A stretch of 64,000 nucleotides of DNA from an uncultured Thermococci archaeon (GCA_964549615.1 CAZJVP010000072.1:29312-93311); one strand, 5' to 3'. Shown: positions 10,381 through 21,415, counted from the stretch's first letter. The notes: generated by a model not told the origin, from the letters alone. Translations and numbers: made by a program.

Positions 10381-11493
10381 TTGGTGAAGTTGGTGGATTT
10401 GGGGCTAGCGTGGGCGAGGTATCTTAGGCCAACCAAAGTATTCCTGACGGCGGTGGTGCTGGGAGTTGCGCTCGGGCTCGCGCTCTCGATCCTTGCCCCG
10501 CCGATTCTGACCGCGCTCGAGCACGCCCTTTATTTCAGGATCACGAAGCCCCTTGAGATCATACAGAAGCCCCTGTCAGGGATAGTTGGAACTGAGGAAG
10601 TAACGGCCCTCTACCTGCTTGGGAACAATCTGATCGTGTCGTTCATCGCGGCCTTCGGCGGGGCCATCTTGATCCGATACACGGTGAAGCCGGGCCAGGA
10701 AACCTACACAAGGGAGGGGCGCATCACCAACCTCCTCTGGAGGCTGATAGGGGAGGGGGATGAGAAGTACAAGGAGCCAGCGGTGCTGGCATTCCTCCTT
10801 CCCTTGGCCGTCGTCTTCGTCAACGGTGGCGTCTTCGGGCTCTTCTCGGTGAGCAATGGGCTGTCGTGGAAGGAACTCTACGTGTACTTGGCCTACGTGC
10901 TTCCACACGGTTCGGTTGAGTTGCCGGCCGTGATCCTCGCCGCAACCATTGGCTACGCCACCGCAGTGAAGCTGGACTCCTTTCTTAGGAAGGGCGACCT
11001 CGAAGCCTTCCTCACATACGCAGGCAGGAGCTTGAAATCCAGAAGGTCTTGGGGCCTTTTCTCCCTCGTCTGCGTCATGCTAGTCTTCGCGGCGGCCATC
11101 GAAGCTTACCTTACCCCCGCCATCGGAAGGACGGCTCTGCAGAACTCATACTTTGATCTTCGCGTGCTAAACGAGTCGGTCAGACAGGGAGAGCCAGCCT
11201 TCTTGGTCGTCCTGGCGTCGTTCGGCGCGACCGTGACCTTTCACAACGGCTCGCTCTCAGGGCCCCCTCTTGAGGTCGAGCTTTTCGGCAGCAAGCAATA
11301 TCCCTTTGAGGTCGACGGGCGCAGGATTCAGGCATCGGAGGTCGTCAGCGGCCATCAGCTCCGCATCCCCCCTGACGTCGGTGCCCTCCTCCTCAAGTTC
11401 CGTGTCAGCAACTTGACGCGCACCACCGTGGTGCACATCCTGGCATCCTGTAAGAAGCTGACCCGCGAGTCCAGACTTGAGGTGCTCGCCTAG
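10381..11493 (+). CDS. membrane protein, SpoIIM/DUF95-like, with C-terminal extracytoplasmic domain
   Basis: Multiple TM helices. Motif YVLPHGSVELPAVILAATIG typical of the DUF95 family. Confidence 0.65.
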   Translation: MVKLVDLGLAWARYLRPTKVFLTAVVLGVALGLALSILAPPILTALEHALYFRITKPLEIIQKPLSGIVGTEEVTALYLLGNNLIVSFIAAFGGAILIRYTVKPGQETYTREGRITNLLWRLIGEGDEKYKEPAVLAFLLPLAVVFVNGGVFGLFSVSNGLSWKELYVYLAYVLPHGSVELPAVILAATIGYATAVKLDSFLRKGDLEAFLTYAGRSLKSRRSWGLFSLVCVMLVFAAAIEAYLTPAIGRTALQNSYFDLRVLNESVRQGEPAFLVVLASFGATVTFHNGSLSGPPLEVELFGSKQYPFEVDGRRIQASEVVSGHQLRIPPDVGALLLKFRVSNLTRTTVVHILASCKKLTRESRLEVLA

Positions 11494-11848
11494 CCGGCTC
11501 GACGGCAACGCCCAGCGCGCAAGTAAGACTTAATAGCTTGCACCCAGAGCAAGGCTTCTCGGCCAAGGCCTGTTCAGCAGGATCCGTGGCCGATGCACAG
11601 GAAGGCAGCTTGCGGCCAACCCGGCGGACTAGGCGGGAGGCTAGGCGTCTCCTGTCACCCGAAATCGTCTATACGCGGGGCTGAATGCCGCGGGGCGGTT
11701 CGGCCGCGGGACGTTGGGCCCGGGTCCCGAACGTTGACTCTCCGTCCCTCAGGGTCGGTGGATGTGGGGCCCCCTTCGGAGGAAGGCGGCAACCACATTT
11801 GCTTTCCGAACCCCACCAGGCCGGGAACGGAGCAGTGGTAGGAAAGAC

Positions 11849-13549
11849 ATGCGGCGCTTGAGGGGCAACGGGGACGAGGTAAGGCTCGACAAGCCCACGT
11901 CCCGCGACGGGCCCACCCGCGGATGTTCGGCGGGGTCGAAGCAGGCTGCCCGATGGACGGACGGATGGACATGGGAAGGGACGGAGTTCTACGTCTCTGA
12001 CTACAACGACATCGCCCTCGAAAGGGCAAGGCTGCCCGAGCGAGTAGCGATTTTTGACACGACGCTCAGGGACGGCGAGCAGACGCCGGGCGTCTCCCTG
12101 ACCGTTGACGAGAAGATACGGATCGCTTGCGCGTTAAATGAACTGGGCGTGGACACCATAGAGGCCGGATTCCCAGCAACATCGGAGGGAGAACTGAAAG
12201 CCATATCCGAAATAGCCGGCCTTGGGCTGAAGAGCGAGATCTGCGCCCTGGCACGGTCCAACCAGAAGGACATCGACCTAGCGTTGAGCTCCGGGGTCAG
12301 CTGCATCCACACGTTCATCGCGACCTCGGACATACACCTGAAACACAAGTTGAAGATGACGAGGGATGAAGCCCTGCAGAAGGCTGTCGAGACCATAACA
12401 TACGCCAAGGAACACGGGGTCGTCGTTGAGTTCTCTGCCGAGGATGCGACGAGGACCGAGCTTGGGTACCTGCTCAGGGTCTACTCAGCTGCCCAGGACG
12501 CAGGCGCTGACAGGATAAACGTCCCGGACACGGTGGGCGCCATGATACCGAGGGCTATGGGGTATCTGGTTGGCAGGGTATGCGAGGCCGTGAAAGTTCC
12601 CGTCTCTGTGCACTGCCACAATGATTTCGGGATGGCCGAGGCGAACTCGCTGGCATCCGTGGAGAACGGCGCGACACAGGTTCACGTCACCGTCAACGGT
12701 CTGGGGGAGAGGGCGGGAAACGCCTCCCTGGAGGAGGTGGTGATGTCCCTGCACTCCTTCTATGGCATCAAGACCAGCATCGTGACCCAGAAGATCTGTC
12801 CGACGTCCCAGCTCGTCTCGCGCCTGACGGGCATTCCCGTGCAGCCCAACAAGGCAATCGTGGGCGAGAATGCCTTCGCGCACGAGTCCGGCATACACGT
12901 CCACGGGGTGCTCGAGTCCGCAGCGACCTATGAGCCGCTGATGCCCGAGATGGTCGGGAGCACCCGGCGGATCGTCCTAGGCAAACACACGGGAGCGCAT
13001 GCCATATCGGCCAAGCTCGGCGAGATGGGCATCAAGGCCACGGAGGCGCAGGTATCCGAGATCGCCCAGCGGGTCAAGAAGATAGGCGACATGGGCAAGG
13101 GGATCACCGACGCCGACCTCATGGCCATAGCGGAGGCCGTCATAGGCAAAGTCCCAGAGGGCAAGCGAACGCTGGAGCTGGTGAACCTGACGGTGGTAAC
13201 CGGCGACAGGACCATACCTACTGCATCACTGGCGCTCATCGTGGACGGCAAGCGAGTTGAAGGTGCCAGCATAGGGGACGGCCCTGTGGACGCTGCGATA
13301 AAGACGATAAAAGATGTCATCAGGGATTTTGGCAAGGTCGAATTGAAAGAGTACCGGCTCGAAGCCATCACCGGAGGTAGCGATGCGGTTGCGGAGGTCA
13401 CAGTCAAGGTGATTGACGATCTGGGCAACCTTGCGACGGCCCGGGGCGTTAGCACCGACATAGTCATGGCGAGCGTTGAGGCCATGATTGAAGCGGTCAA
13501 TAGGCTGTTCGCCAAGAGAGGGAAGGAAGGAGGAAAGCCAAGTGGCTGA
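11849..13549 (+). CDS. leuA: 2-isopropylmalate synthase / (R)-citramalate synthase family
   Basis: Motifs FDTTLRDGEQ and HCHNDFGMA. C-terminal LeuA-dimer regulatory domain. The ORF track starts at 11762. First in-frame ATG is at 11849, which still leaves a ~55-aa N-terminal extension, so the true start may be later. Confidence 0.9.
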   Translation: MRRLRGNGDEVRLDKPTSRDGPTRGCSAGSKQAARWTDGWTWEGTEFYVSDYNDIALERARLPERVAIFDTTLRDGEQTPGVSLTVDEKIRIACALNELGVDTIEAGFPATSEGELKAISEIAGLGLKSEICALARSNQKDIDLALSSGVSCIHTFIATSDIHLKHKLKMTRDEALQKAVETITYAKEHGVVVEFSAEDATRTELGYLLRVYSAAQDAGADRINVPDTVGAMIPRAMGYLVGRVCEAVKVPVSVHCHNDFGMAEANSLASVENGATQVHVTVNGLGERAGNASLEEVVMSLHSFYGIKTSIVTQKICPTSQLVSRLTGIPVQPNKAIVGENAFAHESGIHVHGVLESAATYEPLMPEMVGSTRRIVLGKHTGAHAISAKLGEMGIKATEAQVSEIAQRVKKIGDMGKGITDADLMAIAEAVIGKVPEGKRTLELVNLTVVTGDRTIPTASLALIVDGKRVEGASIGDGPVDAAIKTIKDVIRDFGKVELKEYRLEAITGGSDAVAEVTVKVIDDLGNLATARGVSTDIVMASVEAMIEAVNRLFAKRGKEGGKPSG

Positions 13550-15302
13550 GACCATCAGCGGAGCTGAGGCCCTCATCAGGGCCTTGGAGGCAGAGAAAGT
13601 CAAACACATATTCGGCTTGCCGGGCGGCGCCATCCTCGACGTCTACGACAAGCTCTATGACTCCAAGATCAGGCACATACTCGTAAGGCACGAGCAGGTG
13701 GCAGCCCATGCCGCGGACGGCTATGCTAGGGCGAGCGGGGAGGTCGGAGTCTGCTTCACAACATCGGGGCCGGGCGCAACCAACCTCACGACCGGGATCG
13801 CCAACGCCTTCTACGACTCCATCCCGGTCATCGCGGTGACGGGCCAGGTCCCCACTAGGTTGGTCGGCAACGACTCGTTCCAGGAGGCCGACACCATCGG
13901 CATCTTCATGCCCATAACCAAGTACAACGTCATGGTCAAGTCCGGGTCCGAGATACCCCAGGTCGTGAGAAAGGCCTTCATCATTGCCACGAGCGGCCGC
14001 AAGGGGCCCGTTCACATCGACCTACCAAAGGACACGCAGCAGCAGAAGATAGAGTTCGAGTACCCCCCTGCGGTGAGGATGCTCAAGCGACTCTCCAGCC
14101 CGCAGGGACACCCGGGCCAGATCAAGAAGGCGGCCCAGATGCTTGCAAATGCCGAGCGACCGGTCATAATCTCGGGAGGCGGGGTCATAGCCTCTAACGC
14201 GTCAAGAGAGCTGGTCAAGCTCGCCGAATCGCTGATGATTCCGGTTGGAGTCACTCTGATGGGAAAGGGATCTTTCCCTGACTCGCATCCGCTCTCGCTC
14301 GGCATGTTCGGAATGCACGGCAGGAAGATTGCCAACGACATACTAAGCGACGCGGACGTCGTGGTCGCCGTCGGGATGAGGTTTGCCGACCGCGTGACCG
14401 GCGACACGTCGACCTTCTGCGCGAACGCGAAGATCATACACATCGACATCGACGCTGCAGAGATCGGCAAGAACGTGAGGCCGGAGATCCCCATCGTCGG
14501 CGATGCCAAACAGGTGCTATCCAAGCTCAACTTGGAAATAGCCAAGCTAAAGCCCGCCAAAAAGGCTGCGTACGCAGAGAAGGTCAAGGAGTTCATCAAG
14601 GAATGCACCTGCTGCCAAGACTACGCCTACGATGAGAAGCCCATCAAGCCCCAGCGCGTAATGAAGGAGCTGAACAGGCTGATAGACCAGGACACGATCG
14701 TGGTCACCGAGGTTGGCCAGTGCCAGATGTGGAGCGCCCACTACCTGAGAATCGACCGTCCCGGCCAGTGGATATCATCCGGCGGCCTCGGGACCATGGG
14801 TTTCGGCTTTCCCGCATCGATCGGGGCGAAGGTCGCCAGGCCCGAATGCAAGGTCATAGACGTTGCAGGGGATGGCAGCTTCCAGATGGTCCTGCAGGAC
14901 CTGGCCACATGCATCATCGAGGACATACCCGTGGCCGTCTGCATCATGGACAACAGGACGCTAGGCATGGTCTACCAATGGCAGGACCTTTTCTACAACA
15001 AGAGGACGTCCGCGACGCTCCTTGACCACGCAGGCGTGGGGAAGGGGAGGGCCGTGCCGGAGGTGCCGGACTTCGTCAAGCTCGCCGAGGCGTACGGCGC
15101 CAAGGGGGTGAAGGTCGACTCGCCGGGAGAGCTCGGCCCAGCCCTCAAGGAGGCGCTCTCCAGCGACATCGTCACGGTCGTTGACGTGAAGATAGACAAG
15201 GATGAGAAGATGCTTCCCATGGTCAGGGCCGGGGGGTCCATAACGAGCATGATCCTCTCGAGCAGATGCCGGCCCGAGCCCTACCGATTCAGGGGTGATT
15301 GA
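13542..15302 (+). CDS. ilvB: acetolactate synthase large subunit
   Basis: TPP-enzyme motifs (GPG at N-terminus, [12 protein letters not shown]-binding). GTG start at 13542 preceded by GGAAGGAAGGAGG. Overlaps the leuA stop by 8 nt. Confidence 0.9.
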   Translation: MAETISGAEALIRALEAEKVKHIFGLPGGAILDVYDKLYDSKIRHILVRHEQVAAHAADGYARASGEVGVCFTTSGPGATNLTTGIANAFYDSIPVIAVTGQVPTRLVGNDSFQEADTIGIFMPITKYNVMVKSGSEIPQVVRKAFIIATSGRKGPVHIDLPKDTQQQKIEFEYPPAVRMLKRLSSPQGHPGQIKKAAQMLANAERPVIISGGGVIASNASRELVKLAESLMIPVGVTLMGKGSFPDSHPLSLGMFGMHGRKIANDILSDADVVVAVGMRFADRVTGDTSTFCANAKIIHIDIDAAEIGKNVRPEIPIVGDAKQVLSKLNLEIAKLKPAKKAAYAEKVKEFIKECTCCQDYAYDEKPIKPQRVMKELNRLIDQDTIVVTEVGQCQMWSAHYLRIDRPGQWISSGGLGTMGFGFPASIGAKVARPECKVIDVAGDGSFQMVLQDLATCIIEDIPVAVCIMDNRTLGMVYQWQDLFYNKRTSATLLDHAGVGKGRAVPEVPDFVKLAEAYGAKGVKVDSPGELGPALKEALSSDIVTVVDVKIDKDEKMLPMVRAGGSITSMILSSRCRPEPYRFRGD

Positions 15303-15816
15303 ATTGGAACGAACCCGCATCATCGCAGCTTTGGTCGAGAACAAGCCAGGGGTGCTTCACAGGATCGCCGGGCTGTTCAGCAGGAGGGGTTTCAACATCG
15401 AGTCCATAGCCGTTGGGACCACCGAGAACGAGAGCATCTCCCGGATGACGATAGTCGTGCGAGGCGATGACAGGATCTTGGAACAAGTGGAGAAGCAGCT
15501 CAACAAGCAGGTCGACGTGATCAAGGTCTCCGACCTAGACAGGGACAACAGCGTCGTGAGGGAGCTCTGCCTAGTTAAGGTCAACGCCAAGAACGAACAG
15601 AGCAAGCTCCTATTGATGAATTATGCGGAGATCTTCAGAGCCAGGATAGTGGATGTCAATACCAGCACGCTGACCCTTGAGATCACCGGGGACGAGGAGA
15701 AGGTCAACGCGCTCATCAACCTCCTCCGGCCCCATGGAATACGAGAGATGGCCAGAACCGGGACCGTGGCCATGGCACGCGGGCCCAAGTCCACCGAGAT
15801 TCCCGAAGGGGGTTGA
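15295..15816 (+). CDS. ilvH: acetolactate synthase small (regulatory) subunit, ACT domain
   Basis: N-terminus [27 protein letters not shown] is the classic IlvH/IlvN ACT domain. Overlaps the ilvB stop. Confidence 0.9.
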   Translation: MIELERTRIIAALVENKPGVLHRIAGLFSRRGFNIESIAVGTTENESISRMTIVVRGDDRILEQVEKQLNKQVDVIKVSDLDRDNSVVRELCLVKVNAKNEQSKLLLMNYAEIFRARIVDVNTSTLTLEITGDEEKVNALINLLRPHGIREMARTGTVAMARGPKSTEIPEGG

Positions 15817-15966
15817 ACCGGAAGGGGCGTTGATGCGGACAGCGACGGATGCCGAGCCTGCTAAATGCCCTCCACCCCTTCTCGCAGTCGACCTCGACAC
15901 CCGCCTTCAAGGTCGGATGAGCTGGGGATCTGAATCCGCAGATGGCATGAGACCTATCCCCGGCCA

Positions 15967-17325
15967 TCAAGCGCCCGACATCCGCGTGACGGAAACCTCC
16001 CGATAGAGCCTTCTCCTCACCATTAGCGTCCACAGGGCAACGCCGGCGAGCATGAACGCGCCGCTGACGACGAGCCACTCGACAAGGTATATCCAGAAAA
16101 GGGCACGTTCCTTCAGTCTCACTGCGATTTCGCCCAGCCGGCCGATCCGCTCCAAAGCCTCGCCCATCTTCTCCGACGAGGCTTGGTATTCCAGGGCCAA
16201 ATACAAGCCCCTTGCCTCATCGACGATCTCCGATACCCCTTTCAGATCCTGCATGACTGGCGCTGCGTTTGCCCCGAACCGCTCTATGAACTCGGCTAAG
16301 GATATCACATAGACCTGGGCCGAACCAAAGTCCGCGAACTTCCGCCGGAGCCAGTGCACGAGAACGACATCCTCTGGAAGCTTCCTGCCCGTACTGAAGA
16401 GCAGTTCCGCCACCAACATGTCCGGTGCAAAGGGGTTGTACGCAGTGTCCCAGTAACCCCCGATCATGTCCTGGTGGGTCCACGTCACGCCCTTGCCGTA
16501 CGTCCAATACATAGTATGAGGGATCCATCCAGGGCTCTCGAATCGCGGGTCGGGATATATCCCCGAGTACCCATAGCGGTACGGGCCGACCGAGTAGGAG
16601 GTGACGATGGCGCCTGGTTTCGGGATTGCGAGGTTCGTCCCGTAGCCGACGAAGGAAGCCTCGACGCCGGAAAGCCCTATGTAGGGCTTTAGGATCGGCT
16701 CGACCTGCGGATGGGTGTTTATGACGACCCGCATGGGGCCGGACCAGGAGTAGTCTACCCTAACCACCGCGTCCGCATCATTCGGAAAGGCCTCCGACAG
16801 GATCGACTCGGCCCAGGCTGTTGACAGAGCGAGCGAGACGCTCATGACGCTCCTAGTCTGCATGCCCCCGAGCCCATCAAGATAGATCGAGTCGTGCAGC
16901 ATCTTCTGCTGCTCGGGCGTCAGGACGATGATCTCCATGTTTAGCAGCATCATGTACTCGTACTCCAGAAGCTTGGCGTAAGACCGTGGGAAGTACAGCC
17001 TGACATACCTGTATAGCTCCTCGTACGTCCACCCCGCGTGCGCCCTCGCCGGTATCACGGTTGGATCGGTTAGGGGGTCTGCAACGAGCCAAGCTGAGAC
17101 GATAGGCACAGAGCCAACGTGGCCCGCGACGATGACCTTGGCCGGCTTCGGATGGTCGCCGGATGCGATGCCCATCGCTTCCACGAAGGACAGGATCGAA
17201 AGAAGGACGACAAGCCTGCGCTGCAATCGCACCGGCCACAGCCTGCCGTAGAACTCATAAATCTTCCGGGACCCGATCCAAAACACAGCCAGATATGACG
17301 CAGCAGCTTGGGTTTGCCCCTTCAA
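15967..17325 (-). CDS. paralog 1 of a secreted, C-terminally membrane-anchored protein family (unknown function)
   Basis: Signal-like N-terminus (RLQRRLVVLLSILSFVEA; alternative GTG start at 17232). C-terminal ...ALFWIYLVEWLVVSGAFMLAGVALWTLMVRRRLYREV shared with three other ORFs in this window. Confidence 0.7.
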   Translation of the reverse strand: MKGQTQAAASYLAVFWIGSRKIYEFYGRLWPVRLQRRLVVLLSILSFVEAMGIASGDHPKPAKVIVAGHVGSVPIVSAWLVADPLTDPTVIPARAHAGWTYEELYRYVRLYFPRSYAKLLEYEYMMLLNMEIIVLTPEQQKMLHDSIYLDGLGGMQTRSVMSVSLALSTAWAESILSEAFPNDADAVVRVDYSWSGPMRVVINTHPQVEPILKPYIGLSGVEASFVGYGTNLAIPKPGAIVTSYSVGPYRYGYSGIYPDPRFESPGWIPHTMYWTYGKGVTWTHQDMIGGYWDTAYNPFAPDMLVAELLFSTGRKLPEDVVLVHWLRRKFADFGSAQVYVISLAEFIERFGANAAPVMQDLKGVSEIVDEARGLYLALEYQASSEKMGEALERIGRLGEIAVRLKERALFWIYLVEWLVVSGAFMLAGVALWTLMVRRRLYREVSVTRMSGA

Positions 17326-17392
17326 GTAGCCACGATCCCTGGCCGCATAGCAGACTGCAGCCCATGCCCGGGATGGATCTCCGCTCTGTCCC

Positions 17393-18388
17393 TTACTCCC
17401 TCAGCCAGGGCATCATCGCCCTGATCCGAGCGCCGACCTCCTCGATCGGGTGCTGCGCGCCGGCCCTCTCCAACGCCTTGAACCTGGGTCTTCCCGCCTG
17501 ATTCTCAAGAATCCACTCGGTGGCGAACTCGCCCGACCGGATCTCGTCCAGGATCTTGCGCATCTCGTCCCTGACCCTTCCGTTTATGACCCGCTTACCC
17601 CTGGTGAGATCGCCGTATTCGGCGGTGTCGGAGACCCTTCTGCGCATCCCGGTTATGCCCTCAGCATGGATCATGTCCACGATCAGCTTCAGTTCGTGAC
17701 AGACCTCCAGGTAGGCGCACTCCGGCTGGTAACCGGCCTCCACCAAGACGTCGAACCCCGCCTTGATCAACTCCGAGACGCCTCCGCAGAGCACGGTCTG
17801 CTCACCGAATAGATCGGTCTCTGTTTCCTCAGCGAAGGTGGTCTCCAAGACTCCGGCCCTCGTACAACCCAAGCCCTTGGCATAGGCCAAAGCCAGATCC
17901 AGGGCTTTCCCGCTTGGGTTCTGGTGCACGGCCACCAGGGCAGGCACCCCCTTGCCCTGCTCGAACATCCTTCGCACGAGGCTTCCGGGCCCCTTGGGCG
18001 CGACCATGAACACGTCAACGTCCTCAGGAGGTATGATCTGGTGGTAGTGGATGTTGAAGCCGTGGGCAAAAACCAGGGCTTTGCCCGCCGAAAGATGCTC
18101 GACTATCTGGTCCCTGTAGACCTTCGGTTGGATATCGTCTTGGGTCAGGATCGCGATCACGTCGGACGCCTCGGCCAGCCGGGGCGTGGTCATGACGTTC
18201 CATCCAAGGTTCTCTGCCCTTCTCCAGGCCTCGCTCCCCGGCAGCTCGCTGACGATCACCTTCACGCCGCTATCCCTCAGGTTCATGGAATGGGCGCTGC
18301 CCTGTATGCCGGCCCCGCCAACGATTCCCACGGTCTTCCCTCCGAGGTGGGAGAGATCCGCATCCTTATCGTAGTAGATGACGGCCAT
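17393..18388 (-). CDS. ilvC: ketol-acid reductoisomerase
   Basis: [13 protein letters not shown]-terminus and NAD(P)-binding site [14 protein letters not shown]. The ORF track extends to 18556, but the conserved start is ATG 18388. Confidence 0.9.
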   Translation of the reverse strand: MAVIYYDKDADLSHLGGKTVGIVGGAGIQGSAHSMNLRDSGVKVIVSELPGSEAWRRAENLGWNVMTTPRLAEASDVIAILTQDDIQPKVYRDQIVEHLSAGKALVFAHGFNIHYHQIIPPEDVDVFMVAPKGPGSLVRRMFEQGKGVPALVAVHQNPSGKALDLALAYAKGLGCTRAGVLETTFAEETETDLFGEQTVLCGGVSELIKAGFDVLVEAGYQPECAYLEVCHELKLIVDMIHAEGITGMRRRVSDTAEYGDLTRGKRVINGRVRDEMRKILDEIRSGEFATEWILENQAGRPRFKALERAGAQHPIEEVGARIRAMMPWLRE

Positions 18389-18577
18389 CTTGTGCCCCTC
18401 GCCTCTTCCCCCGAAGCAACAAAGCTTAAAACTATAACTTGTATCCTCCCCGGCCAAAGGAGTGCCTCCCCGGAACGCTCCTTGAACCGCAAGCTCACGC
18501 GATGACCATGACTTTCGAGAAGATGGCCGCAGGTCAGCAGTTCGCTGCATGAGCATCCGAAAGAGAAATCAACCACG

Positions 18578-19420
18578 GTGGCAAAGCTGATCGACATGTT
18601 CGGCAAGATCGGCGCATCGACCTGGACGTTCGTCGCCCGGCCCATAGCCGATTGCCTCGAGCCAATCGAGCGAATCGGTTTCAGATCCATAGAGGTGTGG
18701 GCTGATCATGCCGCGCATTTTGACCTGGACGATTCGGACGACGTGAACCGATTGCGAGATCACCTATCCGCGTTCCGCATACGAGCCGAATCTCTGCACA
18801 TGCCCTTCGGTAGGACGCTCGACATCTCCAACCCCGATCCCAAGGTCAGGACGGAAGCCGTGAGGATGACGATTCGTCGCATCAGGGCAGCATCGAAGAT
18901 CCCCGTTGAAGAGGTGGTGATTCATCCCGGACACGCCCGGGAGGTCGGCGAGGAACCCAAGAGATACGAGATGGCGGCCGCAAGCCTTGAACAGATCTGT
19001 TCGGCGGCCGATGACCTAGGGATTCGGGTGTGCGTGGAGAACCTCCACAGCGTCGGCCAACTTGCCTTCTGCGACACGTTGCCCAAGACGTTGCATCTTG
19101 TCAGATCGATCGAGGGTCATGCACCTGGCATCTGCGTCGATACCAGCCACGCCAACCTCATGGGCGGGCTTGCCGAAGAGATGGAGATCTGCGGGACCTC
19201 GGTACTCAGGACGCACATCTCCGACAACCTCGGCGCGAGCGACGATCATCTACCTCCAGGGGATGGCGAGATCAACTGGCAACAGGTTCTCACCAGCCTA
19301 AGGCGGATCTCGTATCGGGGGTCCCTGATGCTGGAGATCGACGGCACCAAGGGACCGGAACGGATCCTCTCGAGGGCCCGCTCCAGGCTCAAGACGATCA
19401 TCTCGAAATGGAGAGGATAG
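18578..19420 (+). CDS. sugar phosphate isomerase/epimerase (xylose-isomerase-like TIM barrel)
   Basis: Family-typical pattern of E/H/D metal ligands (VENLH, HANLMG, LEID). 280 aa. Confidence 0.7.
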   Translation: MAKLIDMFGKIGASTWTFVARPIADCLEPIERIGFRSIEVWADHAAHFDLDDSDDVNRLRDHLSAFRIRAESLHMPFGRTLDISNPDPKVRTEAVRMTIRRIRAASKIPVEEVVIHPGHAREVGEEPKRYEMAAASLEQICSAADDLGIRVCVENLHSVGQLAFCDTLPKTLHLVRSIEGHAPGICVDTSHANLMGGLAEEMEICGTSVLRTHISDNLGASDDHLPPGDGEINWQQVLTSLRRISYRGSLMLEIDGTKGPERILSRARSRLKTIISKWRG

Positions 19421-19469
19421 TACGGTTGCCAGCTGGATCCAACCCTACCTTGGGGGACGGGATGCGAGG

Positions 19470-20246
19470 ATAATCGACGCCCATGTGCACGTCTGGTCCG
19501 ACCGAGACATCCCCATCGTCGTCGCAGAGGCGAGGAGATTGGGCATCGACCGGATATGCGTCTCGTGCCTAGCGGACTGGGACTGGACGTGCTCAGGCAA
19601 CCCCGAGGCTGGCAACGCTATGGTCTTCAGAGCGGCGGACAGCCACCCCGAGATGCTTGGGTATGTCTACGTCGATCCGCGCGAGAAGCAGGAAGCGCTC
19701 AGGCAGATCAACGCGTATCTTGATCACCCCGCCATGATAGGCATTAAGCTGTGGATCTCGTGCCCTGCAAACGACCCCGTTGTGCGTCCGATCGCCCAGG
19801 TGGCCGCTGAGGCCGGCCTAGTGATGCTTGTGCACTCCTGGCGAAGGGGCACCAAGTTATCCAAGGGCTACCAGACCCTGCCGCGGCAGGTCACGGACCT
19901 AGCCTTGCGCTTTCCAGATGTCCCCTTCATAATGGCCCACATGGGCGGGGACTGGGAGACCGGAATCCTTGAGGTGAAGAGGGCCGACAACATCCTCGTG
20001 GACACCAGCGGAAGCATAAACGAGGCAGGCATGATCGAGAAGGCCGTAGCCCTCTTGGGTGCCGACCGGGTGGTCTATGGCTCGGACGCCCCTGGATCCG
20101 CCTATTTGCCCAACCTCGGCAAGATCCTTTCGGCCGAGGTGGCCGAATCCGAGAAACTCAAGATACTCGCCGGAAACATGGAAGCCATTTTAACTCGCAG
20201 AAAGCGCGGGAGCCGGCCCACCATGCCGACAGACCCACTTACCTGA
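19470..20246 (+). CDS. amidohydrolase-2 family metal-dependent TIM-barrel hydrolase; start codon unresolved
   Basis: N-terminal motif IIDAHVHVW (HxH metal site) plus downstream H and D ligands. The ORF track begins at GTG 19485 inside that motif. No canonical start lies upstream in frame; ATA 19470 or ATC 19473 would give MIDAHVH. Confidence 0.7.
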   Translation: MIDAHVHVWSDRDIPIVVAEARRLGIDRICVSCLADWDWTCSGNPEAGNAMVFRAADSHPEMLGYVYVDPREKQEALRQINAYLDHPAMIGIKLWISCPANDPVVRPIAQVAAEAGLVMLVHSWRRGTKLSKGYQTLPRQVTDLALRFPDVPFIMAHMGGDWETGILEVKRADNILVDTSGSINEAGMIEKAVALLGADRVVYGSDAPGSAYLPNLGKILSAEVAESEKLKILAGNMEAILTRRKRGSRPTMPTDPLT

Positions 20247-20262
20247 ACACCGGAGGCATCAG

Positions 20263-21333
20263 ATGGACGTAAGGGAAAGAGTTCACGCTGTGCTCGAGGG
20301 TGAGATGCCCGATAGGCTGCCCCTCCTGATCTACTCAAACCACCTTCCGAGGGGCAGCTTCGAACGCAGGATGAGGAACATGGGGCTGGGAATCGATGTC
20401 CGTTGCACGGTCTACAGATCCCATACGCCCAACGTGAGGACCGAGACCAGGACGGTGGGGGACTACACCGACACGGAGATCATCACGCCCGTGGGGAAAC
20501 TGCACTCGAAAAGGCGGATCAATCTCAAGTTCCAACTCACCGGCGGAAGCTGGATTGTCAGGCACCCCGTCGCCACGATCGATGACCTAGAGATAATGGA
20601 ATTCGTCATCCAGGACACCGTCTTTGAGCCACAGTACGACGACTACCTTCATCTCCAGGCCGAGCTGGAGGGCGACGGCGTGGTCACGGCCGGCGGCCCC
20701 TACACGCCTCTCATGCGGATGATGATAGACTTCATGGGATTCAGGAACTTCGCCTTTTCATACAAGCGCGACCCGAAAGCGATCGAGAGGACCATGGACA
20801 TATTGGACAAGAAGTACTTGGAGCTGTACAGAATAATTGCGGAGTCGCCAGCCGAGATAGTCAGGATAGGAGATAACATAGACGAGGTCATCGTGCCAGC
20901 ACGCCTTTTCGAGCGGTACTGCCTGCCCTACTACAACAAGTACGCGAGGATCCTGAAGAGGGCCGGAAAGAAGACGATTTCGCACATGGACGGGAGGCTC
21001 AGATCGCTCAAGGAGCTGATCGGGGCAACCGAGCTCGACGCCATAGAGGCCTTCACGCCTCCGCCCACCGGAAACCTCCCGATATCAGAGGCGAGGGAGG
21101 CTTGGAAACCCAAGGCTCTCTGGTTGAACTTCCCGGAGACGGTCTTCCTTCTTTCAGCGGATGAGATACGGCGCTACACGCTTGGTCTCCTTCGCGAGAT
21201 GGGCGAGGGGGCTGGGTACATAATCAGCATAACTGAGGACATCGAGCCCAGCCACTACAGGAAGGCGCTGGAAACACTCACGACGACCCTTCACGATCAC
21301 GGCAAGCTCCCCCTGAGCCTCGGGTCCTCCTGA
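20263..21333 (+). CDS. uroporphyrinogen decarboxylase (URO-D/MtaA) family protein
   Basis: 356 aa with URO-D-fold family resemblance across the length. Second family member at 47903..49015. Confidence 0.75.
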   Translation: MDVRERVHAVLEGEMPDRLPLLIYSNHLPRGSFERRMRNMGLGIDVRCTVYRSHTPNVRTETRTVGDYTDTEIITPVGKLHSKRRINLKFQLTGGSWIVRHPVATIDDLEIMEFVIQDTVFEPQYDDYLHLQAELEGDGVVTAGGPYTPLMRMMIDFMGFRNFAFSYKRDPKAIERTMDILDKKYLELYRIIAESPAEIVRIGDNIDEVIVPARLFERYCLPYYNKYARILKRAGKKTISHMDGRLRSLKELIGATELDAIEAFTPPPTGNLPISEAREAWKPKALWLNFPETVFLLSADEIRRYTLGLLREMGEGAGYIISITEDIEPSHYRKALETLTTTLHDHGKLPLSLGSS

Positions 21334-21415
21334 CCGCCCGGTCATCGCAACCTTCCGGCTGATGCCCCGGGAGCCTTGAATGATCCCGTCAGACGAGACC
21401 ACGTTGACGCCGCCC

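Noticed and set aside
12928-13633. Minus-strand ORFs 12928..13515 and 13226..13633
   Set aside because: Antisense within leuA.
14012-14608. 198-aa minus ORF
   Set aside because: Antisense within ilvB.
17924-18505. 193-aa plus ORF
   Set aside because: Antisense to ilvC.
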